A stretch of DNA of 64,000 bases from Bacteroidota bacterium (lineage in GTDB: Bacteria > Bacteroidota > Bacteroidia > Chitinophagales > Chitinophagaceae), in the NCBI GenBank assembly GCA_040385725.1, contig JAZKGV010000194.1, positions 21,900 through 85,899 of the forward strand. Reading direction: 5' to 3'. Below the pieces are notes generated by a model, which saw only the letters and a program-made list of their open reading frames with translations, was not told where the DNA came from and did not search any database. The position numbers and the translations under genes are program-made. Each line of letters starts with the position of its first letter. The first letter of the stretch is position 1. Of the stretch, positions 38,764 through 48,306 are shown one piece after another.

Positions 38764-40275
38764 ATGAACAAAAAGATCAAATCAGCGCTCATCTCTGTTT
38801 TTTACAAGGATGGGCTGGAGAATATTGTGCAGTTGCTTCACCAGTTGGGCGTAACCATCTATTCAACCGGCGGTACACAAAAATTTATTGAAGACCTTGA
38901 AGTGCCCTGTGTGCCAGTTGAATCATTAACTACTTATCCTTCAATTTTAGGAGGCCGTGTTAAAACATTACATCCATCTGTGTTTGGCGGTATACTAGGT
39001 AAAAGAGATGATGAACAGCATGTGGCAGAGATGGAGCAATATCATATACCTGAAATTGATTTGGTGATCGTTGACCTCTATCCTTTTGAAGAAACAGTGG
39101 CTTCCACCAATGAAGAAACTGCAATTATTGAGAAGATAGATATTGGCGGGCCAAGTATGATACGTGGCGCTGCAAAGAATTTTAAAGATGTGGTGGTAAT
39201 TGCTGCAAAAAAAGATTACAGCAAACTGGAAGAGATTTTAGCAACACAACAAGGGCAAACTACTTTAGAACAAAGAAAGAACTTTGCTGCACTGGCTTTT
39301 GAAGTGGTGGCACATTATGATGTGGCCATTGCAAAATATTTCAACCCATCTGACTCTTTATATTTCTTAGAATCAGTTACTAATCCAAAGCCAATGCGTT
39401 ACGGTGAGAATCCTCACCAGTCTGGTGTTTTTTATGGCGACCTGAATAAACTGTTTACCCAACTGAACGGAAAAGAATTATCATACAATAACCTAGTGGA
39501 TGTGGATGCTGCAATGCAATTGATAAAAGAATTCAGCGCTACAACATTTGCTATTATTAAACATACCAATGTGTGTGGTATTGCACAACGCAGTACCGTT
39601 AAAGAAACCTGGGACGCTGCACTGGCAGGAGATAATGAAAGTGCATTTGGCGGCGTGCTGGTTTGCAATGGCACTATTGATAAAGCAACTGCAGAAGCTA
39701 TCAATGAAATTTTCTTTGAAGTATTGATCGCACCAGCTTTTGATGAAGAGGCACTGGCAATTTTAAGATCGAAGAAGAACAGGATACTGCTGCAATTAAA
39801 AGCCCAGCCACAAAATAAAGAGCAATACAAATCTGTTTTAAATGGTGTGTTGATACAAGGCATTGATGAAGGAAACTTTGCCGAATGGAAAGAAAGTGGT
39901 GGAAGGGAAACAACAGCAGCAGAAAAAGAAGACCTGGTTTTTGCTAATCTTGTTTGTAAACATTTAAAGAGTAACGCCATTGCATTGGTAAAAAATAAAC
40001 AACTCGTTGGCAAAGGGTGCGGACAAACATCAAGAATAGATTCACTCAGGCAATCAATTGAAAAAGCAAAGCAGTTTAATTTTGATCTGAAAGATGCTGT
40101 ATTAGCCAGTGATGCATTTTTTCCTTTTGACGATTGTGTAAAGATCGCACATGCAGCCGGCATTACGTCATTCATTCAACCGGGTGGCTCTATCCGTGAC
40201 AATGATTCCATTCAATATTGTAAGGACAATAATTTAGCAATGGTGATTACAGGGTTGAGGCATTTTAAACATTAG
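38764..40275 (+). CDS. purH: Bifunctional AICAR transformylase/IMP cyclohydrolase
   Basis: GGRVKTLHP, IDIGGP, RYGENPHQ, ASDAFFPF, RHFKH. Confidence 0.98.
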   Translation: MNKKIKSALISVFYKDGLENIVQLLHQLGVTIYSTGGTQKFIEDLEVPCVPVESLTTYPSILGGRVKTLHPSVFGGILGKRDDEQHVAEMEQYHIPEIDLVIVDLYPFEETVASTNEETAIIEKIDIGGPSMIRGAAKNFKDVVVIAAKKDYSKLEEILATQQGQTTLEQRKNFAALAFEVVAHYDVAIAKYFNPSDSLYFLESVTNPKPMRYGENPHQSGVFYGDLNKLFTQLNGKELSYNNLVDVDAAMQLIKEFSATTFAIIKHTNVCGIAQRSTVKETWDAALAGDNESAFGGVLVCNGTIDKATAEAINEIFFEVLIAPAFDEEALAILRSKKNRILLQLKAQPQNKEQYKSVLNGVLIQGIDEGNFAEWKESGGRETTAAEKEDLVFANLVCKHLKSNAIALVKNKQLVGKGCGQTSRIDSLRQSIEKAKQFNFDLKDAVLASDAFFPFDDCVKIAHAAGITSFIQPGGSIRDNDSIQYCKDNNLAMVITGLRHFKH

Positions 40276-40305
40276 TCGCTGCCAGGACTAATTGAAATTA
40301 AAATA

Positions 40306-40680
40306 GTGAAAGAAAAAAAATTTATACAAAGCGGCCCACACCTGCCGGTAAAAAGTATCCGGCAAACACTGGATTATTACCGTGACAAACTGGGCTTTGG
40401 CAATGAATGGACGTTTGGTGATAAGGACGGAGGGATCAGCAGGGATGAATTAAAATTATTGTTTGCTGAAGACGATGCATTCCTGAACGATATGAACAAT
40501 GATAAACACCGGCTTCCATTATTATGGTTTGTTGATAATATTGATGAGGTTTTTTCAGAATTTAAGAACCGTGATATCCATATTGAAGATGATTTAAGAC
40601 AACATGCTTATGGCCTTAGAGAGTTTGCTTTCATTGATATAAACGGTTATTACATTCGTGTAGCGGAAAGTGTCGATTAG
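40306..40680 (+). CDS. VOC (glyoxalase/bleomycin resistance) family protein
   Basis: YYRDKLGF, YGLREFAFIDINGYYIRV. Confidence 0.85.
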   Translation: MKEKKFIQSGPHLPVKSIRQTLDYYRDKLGFGNEWTFGDKDGGISRDELKLLFAEDDAFLNDMNNDKHRLPLLWFVDNIDEVFSEFKNRDIHIEDDLRQHAYGLREFAFIDINGYYIRVAESVD

Positions 40681-40748
40681 AAATGTCGCTTTCATTCACA
40701 TCTTTGTCCTCAAAAAATCGTTGTAATTACTCAATCATTTAATAACAG

Positions 40749-41675
40749 TTGAATCAAAACAGAACAGGCGGTTATATTGCGCTCTGCACCACCAGCGTTG
40801 TGTGGGGCACCACATGGGTGGCCAGTAAAATTGGTGTGTCAAAAATCCCGGCATTTCAAATGGCTGCTATCCGTCAGTTGCTGGCGGGTTTATGTTTTGT
40901 ATTGTTCTTTATGATCTACAAAAAATTACCACTGCCAACTGCAAAACAATTTGGTATGCTGCTGGTAATGTCTATACTGATGTTTGTAGGCGCCAATGGA
41001 TTAAGCACCTGGAGCCTTGATTTTATTCCTACAGGATTAAGTTGTTTGATCGGTGCATTATACCCTTTAAGTGTGGTGATCATTGAAATGATATTTTTCA
41101 GAAACAGGAATGTATCTATTCTCACTTTCCTGGGATTACTCCTCGGCATTGGCGGCACATTCATTGTGTTTTATGAAAATGCTTTTCACGGCATTCGCCC
41201 AGCTGGTTTTTTCTTTGGTGTGTTTTTATCTTTTGTTGCCATGCTTACCTGGAGCATTGGTTCCATCATCATTGCAAAAAATAAAATGAAAATAGATCCT
41301 TATTATTCTATCGGGTGGCAAATGTTGATCAGTTCCGGTCTGCTGTATTTAATTGCATTGGCATCAGGCAAAAACTTAACGCTGGTGCAAATTCCCGGCA
41401 GCGGATGGTTAGCAGTAATTTATCTTGTTGTTGCAGGTTCTTTAATTGCCTATGCGGCATTTGTATATTCAATGAAAACATTACCGCCTGCATTATTTTC
41501 CCTATATGCATATATCAATCCATTAGTGGCGATGGTGGTAGCCGGGTTTCTGCTGAAAGAAAAACTTAACATGAATATTTTATGGGGCGCTATAGTTACT
41601 TTATCGGGTGTGTTCTTAGTAAACTACAGCATTCGAAAAAACAGGAAACAAATCATGGCTGAACCAGAGCAATAA
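40749..41675 (+). CDS. EamA/DMT family transporter
   Basis: VVWGTTW, ten hydrophobic segments, YAYINPLVA. Confidence 0.92.
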   Translation: MNQNRTGGYIALCTTSVVWGTTWVASKIGVSKIPAFQMAAIRQLLAGLCFVLFFMIYKKLPLPTAKQFGMLLVMSILMFVGANGLSTWSLDFIPTGLSCLIGALYPLSVVIIEMIFFRNRNVSILTFLGLLLGIGGTFIVFYENAFHGIRPAGFFFGVFLSFVAMLTWSIGSIIIAKNKMKIDPYYSIGWQMLISSGLLYLIALASGKNLTLVQIPGSGWLAVIYLVVAGSLIAYAAFVYSMKTLPPALFSLYAYINPLVAMVVAGFLLKEKLNMNILWGAIVTLSGVFLVNYSIRKNRKQIMAEPEQ

Positions 41676-42939
41676 ACTTTTCATAGCATTCACGCCAACC
41701 TGCAAATTTTCTATCTGTTCCTAAAAAATTATTGTGCCAGATAGTTATTAATGTTCCGTTTACTTCTCTGCAAATTTTTAAATAGTGCATTGATTCATCG
41801 TATGCCTGTTCTGCAGAAAAATGCTGTTCATAAAATGAATTGGCATCCATAAAACAAAAGGGATGGATGCGTAAATGAGTTTGTTCTTCCTTCTCAAGAT
41901 CGTACCAATAAAATGATGATGTTACAGAAGCCCTGAAACCATTGATGCTTCCATAGCCCATTGAGTAGTCATCTGTAATGCCGGCTTCCAGCAATCTCCT
42001 GTAACCTGATGGTAAATGAAAACGAATATAATGTTGCCTTGATCTTGTTATGTGTTTATCAATGATACTTTCTAATATTTTTTTCTCCTGCTTCAGCAAT
42101 AAAAAATTATCGCCGCTCTGCCAGCCTGGATGAATACCTGTTTCATATTTGTCCGCTTGATGTTTTACTAAGTGATGAAAAGCGGTTGTATTTGGCAAAA
42201 TGTTTTTATCATACAAAGTATTTTTTTGTGCTGCAAGAAAAAAATAGATCGGCTGCAGATTATGTTGCTGGTGCAAAGCATCCATCCACTCATACGAATC
42301 AAAAGGGTCTTTTTGTGAGCCTGATAAAACTTTTACTCTTTCAACTGACGGAGACTTCATAAATGCTCCAACAGTCCGAAGCCAACTTTTGTGTTTGTAT
42401 GAATAAGCTATATCAATGTCATACGTTGGAAGAAAATTGAAAGTTGAAAGTTTAAAATTGAAAGTTGGGTACTTAGTTTTCAATGCTTTTCTAAAATCAT
42501 TGATCCAGGTATTTATCAGCGGCAACTTTAAAAATCCTTCTTTAAAAGCTAGTGAATTTTCATGGGCATATCTTCCATACATATCTTTTTCATGTGGCAG
42601 GTATTCTTCATAACGGCTTAACAAATAAAAAGTGGCGGCGAAAATATCAAATGAAAGATCTGCTCCGTCAGTTTTAAAAAATGCTTTGTATCCATTTGCT
42701 TCAAAACAATCAATTGGCTGCTGTTGTATATTGTTTTCAAAAAGCAGGTTTACATTTCCAATCCTGTATTCCGTATTCGTTATTGGTATGTTAGAATAAT
42801 TAATTCTTACTCCATCAAATTGCTTGAACTTTTCAGCATCCGTTGTGATCTCAAAATCCACCTGCATCTGCTCTTTAAAAATAAAAGAACAGGTATATTG
42901 TAACCGGGGTGAAGTATTTGCAGTGTAAATCAATACCAT
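41653..42939 (-). CDS. Polysaccharide deacetylase-like protein (DUF7033-type N-terminus)
   Basis: DIFAATFYLLSRYEEY, PTYDIDIAY, ETGIHP, RQHYIRF, IWHN. Confidence 0.8.
   Translation of the reverse strand: MVLIYTANTSPRLQYTCSFIFKEQMQVDFEITTDAEKFKQFDGVRINYSNIPITNTEYRIGNVNLLFENNIQQQPIDCFEANGYKAFFKTDGADLSFDIFAATFYLLSRYEEYLPHEKDMYGRYAHENSLAFKEGFLKLPLINTWINDFRKALKTKYPTFNFKLSTFNFLPTYDIDIAYSYKHKSWLRTVGAFMKSPSVERVKVLSGSQKDPFDSYEWMDALHQQHNLQPIYFFLAAQKNTLYDKNILPNTTAFHHLVKHQADKYETGIHPGWQSGDNFLLLKQEKKILESIIDKHITRSRQHYIRFHLPSGYRRLLEAGITDDYSMGYGSINGFRASVTSSFYWYDLEKEEQTHLRIHPFCFMDANSFYEQHFSAEQAYDESMHYLKICREVNGTLITIWHNNFLGTDRKFAGWRECYEKFIALVQP
42437..42464. repeat. Tandem heptamers inside a coding sequence
   Basis: TTGAAAG TTGAAAG TTTAAAA TTGAAAG, within the TFNFKLSTFNF segment on the minus strand. 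Confidence 0.7.
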
Positions 42940-43006
42940 TATCCCACAAAATATAAAAGTTAACTGAAACTGGTTATTTTTGAACAGGATATAAAATCAT
43001 CCGGCT

Positions 43007-43108
43007 AATAGAAACACGGATTAAGCAGATGGATACTGATAAAGCGGATTTGTTCTTTTGTATAAGATCAGTCATATCCGTTTCAATCCGTAAAATCAGC
43101 GTATCTAT
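43007..43108. repeat. Composite REP-like hairpin (CGGAT/ATCCG type)
   Basis: Four left arms (CGGAT, CAGAT, CTGAT, CGGAT) mirrored by four right arms (ATCAG, ATCCG, ATCCG, ATCAG). Confidence 0.7.
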
Positions 43109-43122
43109 ATAAATATTACATT

Positions 43123-43881
43123 TTGACTTTACCACCCAATAAAAAAGTTTATTTTCTTTCCGATTTTCATCTCGGCACACCAGATGCCGCCACCAGCCTG
43201 CAAAGGGAAAAGACCATAGTATCATTTTTAGATTCTATCAAACAAGATGCAGCGGAAGTTTTTTTGGTTGGTGATATGTTTGATTTTTGGTTTGAATACA
43301 AAACGGTTGTTCCCAAGGGTTTTGTTCGTTTGTTGGGCAAACTGGCCGAATTGTCTGACAACGGCATCCAGCTGCATTTTTTTGTTGGCAATCATGATAT
43401 GTGGATACGGGATTATTTTCAAAAGGAACTGAACATGAAGGTCTATTTTGAACCAACCCGGTTTGAATTTAATGGAAAGAAATTTTTAATTGGCCACGGT
43501 GATGGACAAGGGCCCGGCGACCATAAGTATAAATTTTTGAAAAAGATCTTCCGCAGCCCCGTTTGCCAGTGGATGTTTGGTATTTTGCCTCCTGCAATCG
43601 GAATGGGCATTGCCAATTATTTTTCCCGTAAAAGCAGGCTGGCTGATAAAGGGCATGAAGAAAAATTTTTAGGCGAAGAAAATGAATGGCTCATTATCTA
43701 CAGCAAAGAAACGCTGCAGAAAGAATATTTTGATTATTTCCTTTTCGGCCACCGGCATTTACCCATTGATTTTCCACTTGACAACAACAGCAGGTATATT
43801 AATTTAGGTGAGTGGATAAACTTTAACAGCTATGCAGTATTTGATGGCATTACAACCACATTGCTGAATTATAAAAAATGA
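43123..43881 (+). CDS. lpxH: UDP-2,3-diacylglucosamine diphosphatase
   Basis: [30 protein letters not shown]. Confidence 0.9.
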   Translation: MTLPPNKKVYFLSDFHLGTPDAATSLQREKTIVSFLDSIKQDAAEVFLVGDMFDFWFEYKTVVPKGFVRLLGKLAELSDNGIQLHFFVGNHDMWIRDYFQKELNMKVYFEPTRFEFNGKKFLIGHGDGQGPGDHKYKFLKKIFRSPVCQWMFGILPPAIGMGIANYFSRKSRLADKGHEEKFLGEENEWLIIYSKETLQKEYFDYFLFGHRHLPIDFPLDNNSRYINLGEWINFNSYAVFDGITTTLLNYKK

Positions 43882-44714
43882 TGCAGGCAAAAAAAATATT
43901 ATCTCTCTTTTTTATCAGCCTGCTGGCAACCGCATCATCATTTGCACAAACTGATTCTGTTTTAAAATTCAGCAAAGCTATCACCGGCGATTTTACTTAC
44001 TTCAATGTTGACAACCTCGACAATATCTATCTTGTAAACACCAATAACCAGTTAAAGAAACTCAACAGCAACGGCGATTCAGTCGGCTTGTTCAATGATG
44101 TTCGCAAATATGGCAAACTGTTTTATATAGATGTAACCAATCCATTGAAAGTGCTGTTGTACTACCAGAATTTTTCTACCATAGTTGTATTAGACAGGTT
44201 TTTAATGATCCGCAATGTGATCAATCTCCGCAGGCAAAACATTTTTAATGTAAAAGCGATTGCCACATCTTATGATAACAATATCTGGGTGTTTGATGAA
44301 GGAGACGCCAAACTGAAAAAGATAGGCGAAAATGGCGACCTGCTTTCTGAAACAGTTGACTGCAGGCTCATATTTGATACCATTCCGGCTCCTGTACAAA
44401 TAATAGACGAAGGTGGCTTTGTGAATTTATACGATCCCAACAAAGGCTTTTTCATATTCGATATTTATGGTTCTTTAAAAAACAAGCTGCCGTTTACAGG
44501 ATGGAAAAATGTGGAAGCAATAAACAAAACATTATATGGTTTTACAGATAGTTTATTGTACGAATACCAACCCGGCACATTAAATTTAAAAGAATACAAG
44601 CTGCCTTCCTTATTTAATAACGCCATACAAATAAAAGCTGCCAATAATAAAATTTATTTATTAAATGAATCCGGCCTGCAGCAATTCACCATCAGCCCGG
44701 TTAGCAGCAAATAG
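43878..44714 (+). CDS. Conserved hypothetical secreted protein, probable beta-propeller
   Basis: Signal peptide; repeated [10 protein letters not shown] / [10 protein letters not shown]-type blade motifs. Confidence 0.65.
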   Translation: MMQAKKILSLFFISLLATASSFAQTDSVLKFSKAITGDFTYFNVDNLDNIYLVNTNNQLKKLNSNGDSVGLFNDVRKYGKLFYIDVTNPLKVLLYYQNFSTIVVLDRFLMIRNVINLRRQNIFNVKAIATSYDNNIWVFDEGDAKLKKIGENGDLLSETVDCRLIFDTIPAPVQIIDEGGFVNLYDPNKGFFIFDIYGSLKNKLPFTGWKNVEAINKTLYGFTDSLLYEYQPGTLNLKEYKLPSLFNNAIQIKAANNKIYLLNESGLQQFTISPVSSK

Positions 44715-44727
44715 CTAATTTTACAAC

Positions 44728-45831
44728 ATGGATTTTTTAGATGAAATTTATTTTGACAATACAGTAAGAAATTACCTTATTGTTACAGGCATCATACTTT
44801 TTGTACTCCTGGTAAAAAGGTACCTGTCCCGTTATATTGTTTCGCTTATATACAAACTGGCTAAGCGGTTTTGGAAAACATTAGACAAAAAAAGTTTTCT
44901 TGATATGGTGGTGGAACCGGTTAAATGGTTCCTGGCAATTGTGATTTCTATATTTGCTATTGACAAACTCAACTTTCCAACTGCATTTGACTATGAAATT
45001 TACGGTCACAATGCAAAAGATATCTTGTCGAGAATTGGACCCGGCATCATCATCGTTACATTCATTTGGCTTTTATTAAGGCTGATAGATTTTATTGCTG
45101 TTGTATTGGAAGGCAAAGCTGATTTAACTGCCGATACAAGAGACAACCAGCTCATTGTTTTCTTCCGTGATTTTTTAAAAGTGATCATTGGCATCATTGG
45201 TTTGCTGCTCATCATCAAAGCCTGTTTTCATCAACCGATCGGCAGTGTATTGACTGGTTTAAGTTTGGTTGGCGCTGCGCTGGCATTGGCAGCAAAAGAA
45301 AGTTTAGAGAACCTCATCGCTTCTTTTATTATCTTTTTCGACAAACCGTTTTTTACCGGTGACACCATTAAAGTAAATGCTGTAACGGGCACCGTGGAAC
45401 GCATTGGCCTCCGCAGTACAAGGATACGTACCGCAGACAAAACACTGGTAACAGTGCCCAACAAACAAATGGTGGACAGTGCGGTTGATAACTGGAGCAT
45501 GCGTACAGAAAGAAAGGCTGATATAAAACTGGAGCTGTCTGCAGGCACTTCAGCAACAGTATTGGAAAAATTAGTGGTGGAGATCAAAGACCTGTTAAAC
45601 AAACATGCAGAAAACATTAACTCTTCAAATGTTTTTATTAAAGAGTTGTCAAAGAATTCATCTATGATAAGCATTGAATACTTCACTGCTACGTTTACCC
45701 TGAATGAATTTTTTGAACTAAAAGAGAAAATAAACCTTAGCATCAAAAGAATACTGGAAGCAAATCATGTGGAATTTGCCGGCGAATCAAGCAGTATTTT
45801 TATCCGATCAGAAAATAATACCGAGGGTTGA
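44728..45831 (+). CDS. MscS family mechanosensitive channel
   Basis: LALAAKESLENLIAS, KPFFTGD, GTVERIGLRST, VPN. Confidence 0.92.
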   Translation: MDFLDEIYFDNTVRNYLIVTGIILFVLLVKRYLSRYIVSLIYKLAKRFWKTLDKKSFLDMVVEPVKWFLAIVISIFAIDKLNFPTAFDYEIYGHNAKDILSRIGPGIIIVTFIWLLLRLIDFIAVVLEGKADLTADTRDNQLIVFFRDFLKVIIGIIGLLLIIKACFHQPIGSVLTGLSLVGAALALAAKESLENLIASFIIFFDKPFFTGDTIKVNAVTGTVERIGLRSTRIRTADKTLVTVPNKQMVDSAVDNWSMRTERKADIKLELSAGTSATVLEKLVVEIKDLLNKHAENINSSNVFIKELSKNSSMISIEYFTATFTLNEFFELKEKINLSIKRILEANHVEFAGESSSIFIRSENNTEG

Positions 45832-45893
45832 TCCCACACAAATTAGCAGAGATGGCCGCATAAAGAAATAATAGTGTTGAACGCAAGTTTAAA

Positions 45894-46307
45894 ATGACTC
45901 AAGCATTCTTAAAATATTATCAGGACTTGCCAGGCACAATGGAAGAAGCGGCAGTTAAAAATGAATTTATCAATTTGTTAGAGATAGCCTATAAGAATTC
46001 AATACCCTCTGGTTATGTATTTGACGCACTTTATGAACTTGCAGACCGGCAATACCACACATATTCGTATTTAGATAAATCGACGAAGCAAAAAATAGTT
46101 GAATGGTTGTTTAGGAATTGGGTAATTGACAGTAAATTTATTGAAACGATAGGAATGATTGTAGGTTCAATTGGACTTTCTGAAGTAATTCCAATGTTAA
46201 AAAAAAGTATTGATACAACACTCTCCAAAGAGATAAAAAGCCAACTAGAGAAAATAATCATAGAGATAGAGCCACACTGCGAAAATCCTTATCATGACTT
46301 AAAATAA
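45894..46307 (+). CDS. Hypothetical all-helical protein
   Basis: 137-aa ORF, AT-rich, no recognised family. Confidence 0.6.
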   Translation: MTQAFLKYYQDLPGTMEEAAVKNEFINLLEIAYKNSIPSGYVFDALYELADRQYHTYSYLDKSTKQKIVEWLFRNWVIDSKFIETIGMIVGSIGLSEVIPMLKKSIDTTLSKEIKSQLEKIIIEIEPHCENPYHDLK

Positions 46308-46310
46308 AAC

Positions 46311-46814
46311 CTACAGGCCAGCCTTTAACTCCTGCAAAAAGCCTTTCAGTTTTTTCAACGAATCAATAGCGGCAAATTTTTCTTCGGATCTTTTATTATT
46401 CTTAATAAAGTCTTTGGCGCCTTCAAGGGTATATTTCTTTTCTCTTGTAAGGTGGTGTATCAGTTGGATATTCTTTACATCTTCCGGGCGGAAAAGCCTG
46501 TCGCCCTTACCATTCTTTTTTGGCTTCAGCACATCAAATTCGTTTTCCCACAATCTTAATAGGGAGGGGTTTACCTTAAACCAGGTAGCCACTTCACCTA
46601 TTGAATAATACATTTTCTGGTACAATATTTCATCTTCCGGCACTTCCACCTGGCCAACTGTTTCACTTAGCTCTTTAATGCTCTTTCTTCCCCTTGTTGA
46701 TTTTATCTTTTCTACAACTGGCGGCGGTACCACCGTTTTCTTTTTTGCAACAGGTTTTTTTGCCGGCGCTTGTTTCGCCGGTTCGTCAAATGCAAATAGT
46801 GATGTTTGTTTCAA
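46311..46814 (-). CDS. MerR family transcriptional regulator
   Basis: YYSIGEVA, SLLRLWENEF, KPKKNGKGDRLF, YTLEGAK; TTG start. Confidence 0.9.
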   Translation of the reverse strand: MKQTSLFAFDEPAKQAPAKKPVAKKKTVVPPPVVEKIKSTRGRKSIKELSETVGQVEVPEDEILYQKMYYSIGEVATWFKVNPSLLRLWENEFDVLKPKKNGKGDRLFRPEDVKNIQLIHHLTREKKYTLEGAKDFIKNNKRSEEKFAAIDSLKKLKGFLQELKAGL

Positions 46815-46833
46815 GTCTCTCTTTTTTCAAATA

Positions 46834-46841
46834 CAAAAATA
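46834..46841 (-). promoter_or_regulatory. -7 box for the MerR gene
   Basis: Reverse complement reads TATTTTTG. Confidence 0.45.
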
Positions 46842-46887
46842 AACAAGTACAATTTAGTTAACATCCTAATCTTTTGTGCAAAACATT

Positions 46888-46909
46888 TCCCCCTTTAGGG
46901 GATAGGGGC
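46888..46909. repeat. CCCCTTTAGGGG-type REP-like palindrome
   Basis: TCCCCCTTTAGGGGATAGGGGC directly after the M23 stop codon. Confidence 0.75.
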
Positions 46910-46910
46910 G

Positions 46911-47882
46911 TTAATCAAAACTTTTGGCACTTCCGGTTGCTGCTATCTTCAGCATCCTGTCATACTGTTCTGCATTCAGGTCATTAAAGAAAAAGTAAAC
47001 AGGGTCAACAGGGTGTTTGTTAATATGAACTTCATAATGAAGATGCGGCCCTGTACTGGCACCAGTGCTGCCCACCCAGCCAATCACTTCACCACGTTTT
47101 ACCTGCTGCCCCACCCTTGCTTTCACCCTCACCATATGCATGTACACTGTTTCGTATCCATACCCGTGATTGATGATAACATGATTTCCGGTTCCGGTTC
47201 CCGGGCCTGCCATGGTAACACGGCCATTGCCCGTTGCATAAATAGGTGTGCCCTGCGGCGCTGTAAAATCAAGCCCGTTATGCATTTTAGGAATAGCATA
47301 AATCGGGTGGATACGCATACCAAAACCGCTGGCCACCCTCGATAGGTCTTTATTACTCACAGGCTGTATGGCAGGAATGCTGGAGATCTTTACATCCTGG
47401 TTCTTTATCAGGTTTTCTATGGTATCATAACTGTTGCGCTGGTACGAGATCCTGGCGCTGATATTATTCAGTTGCGAAGTAATATCATGGCTCAGCTCAT
47501 TATCATTCTGCACATTTACCTTTTCAAATTCTTTTGATTTTTCCACCAGTTTGGCCCTTGCACTATCGGGCAATGGGTTGGCTTCAAAAATAGAACGGTA
47601 CACATCATTGTCCCTCTTCTCCAGTTCATCCATCTCCTGTTCCAGTGTTTGTAATTTAGCCGACAGTTTGTTGTAATCCTCCGAGATCATCCGTATGCGT
47701 TCATTCGCAAATTTGTCCTTCGGTTTGGGAATGAATTTGGTGTACACCCAGATAACCATGCCAGCCGTCACCAAAAAAGCACTGATAAATCCAAATAACC
47801 GCAGCAGCTTCACCCGTAGAGGTGTCACCAGTTTTTCGTACCGGAGCGTATTGGTGTTATAGAAATATTTTATTTTTTTCAT
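46911..47882 (-). CDS. M23 family metallopeptidase (NlpD/MepM-like)
   Basis: KMHNGLDF, YMHM, GPHLHYEV. Confidence 0.93.
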   Translation of the reverse strand: MKKIKYFYNTNTLRYEKLVTPLRVKLLRLFGFISAFLVTAGMVIWVYTKFIPKPKDKFANERIRMISEDYNKLSAKLQTLEQEMDELEKRDNDVYRSIFEANPLPDSARAKLVEKSKEFEKVNVQNDNELSHDITSQLNNISARISYQRNSYDTIENLIKNQDVKISSIPAIQPVSNKDLSRVASGFGMRIHPIYAIPKMHNGLDFTAPQGTPIYATGNGRVTMAGPGTGTGNHVIINHGYGYETVYMHMVRVKARVGQQVKRGEVIGWVGSTGASTGPHLHYEVHINKHPVDPVYFFFNDLNAEQYDRMLKIAATGSAKSFD

Positions 47883-47964
47883 GCTTTGCAGCCAGGGATG
47901 GTTTTACAAAATATCAGATCTTAATTTTTTTGTACCAGGCTTTAGTGCTGCTATTGAACTTCAT

Positions 47965-47984
47965 TGGCGTCGCACTCTTGTACT
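47965..47984. repeat. 20-bp dispersed repeat, copy 2
   Basis: Identical to 15926-15945. Confidence 0.8.
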
Positions 47985-48068
47985 GAAAATCTTTATTGAA
48001 CTTTTCCCACATTATATTTTTTTTTGCGATGGCTGCGCCATCGCCCCGTCATTTGTTGTTATTGCTCA

Positions 48069-48113
48069 CGGCGGGTTACACCCGCCGCTACCAATATATC
48101 GCTCCTACGGAGC
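48069..48113. repeat. Double-hairpin REP-like element
   Basis: CGGCGGG-TTACA-CCCGCCG followed by GCTCC-TAC-GGAGC. Confidence 0.65.
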
Positions 48114-48191
48114 TGCAAAACTCCTTTCAAATCGATTGCTCGAAATTTTGCAAAATCAAATTGCATCTTGTGGCATTGAACTCTTTCTGGT

Positions 48192-48215
48192 TCCCCCTTT
48201 AGGGGGCGGAGGGGG
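48192..48215. repeat. CCCCTTTAGGGG-type REP-like palindrome
   Basis: TCCCCCTTTAGGGGGCGGAGGGGG. Confidence 0.75.
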
Positions 48216-48228
48216 TGAGTGTTTTCCT

Positions 48229-48236
48229 TACATTTG
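48229..48236 (+). promoter_or_regulatory. -7 box for alaS
   Basis: TACATTTG followed by CAC. Confidence 0.6.
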
Positions 48237-48306
48237 CACCACGCCAACCATAGCGTACAAATATATACTGTAAAATCGCAAAAATCAACCCAAAAAGATA
48301 ACGGTT

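Noticed and set aside
30885-40739. Shared 15-mer AATTACTCAATCATT at 30885 and 40725
   Set aside because: An AT-rich 15-mer match is expected by chance in 64 kb; not palindromic and only two copies.
45876-45882. GTTGAAC (GTTRRRY) before the orphan gene, as an integron cassette core site
   Set aside because: No inverse core or attC hairpin after the gene and no integrase.
47881-48273. 130-aa ORF in the M23-alaS gap
   Set aside because: It runs across three repeat elements and the alaS promoter, has no protein-like composition and starts inside the opposite gene's start codon.
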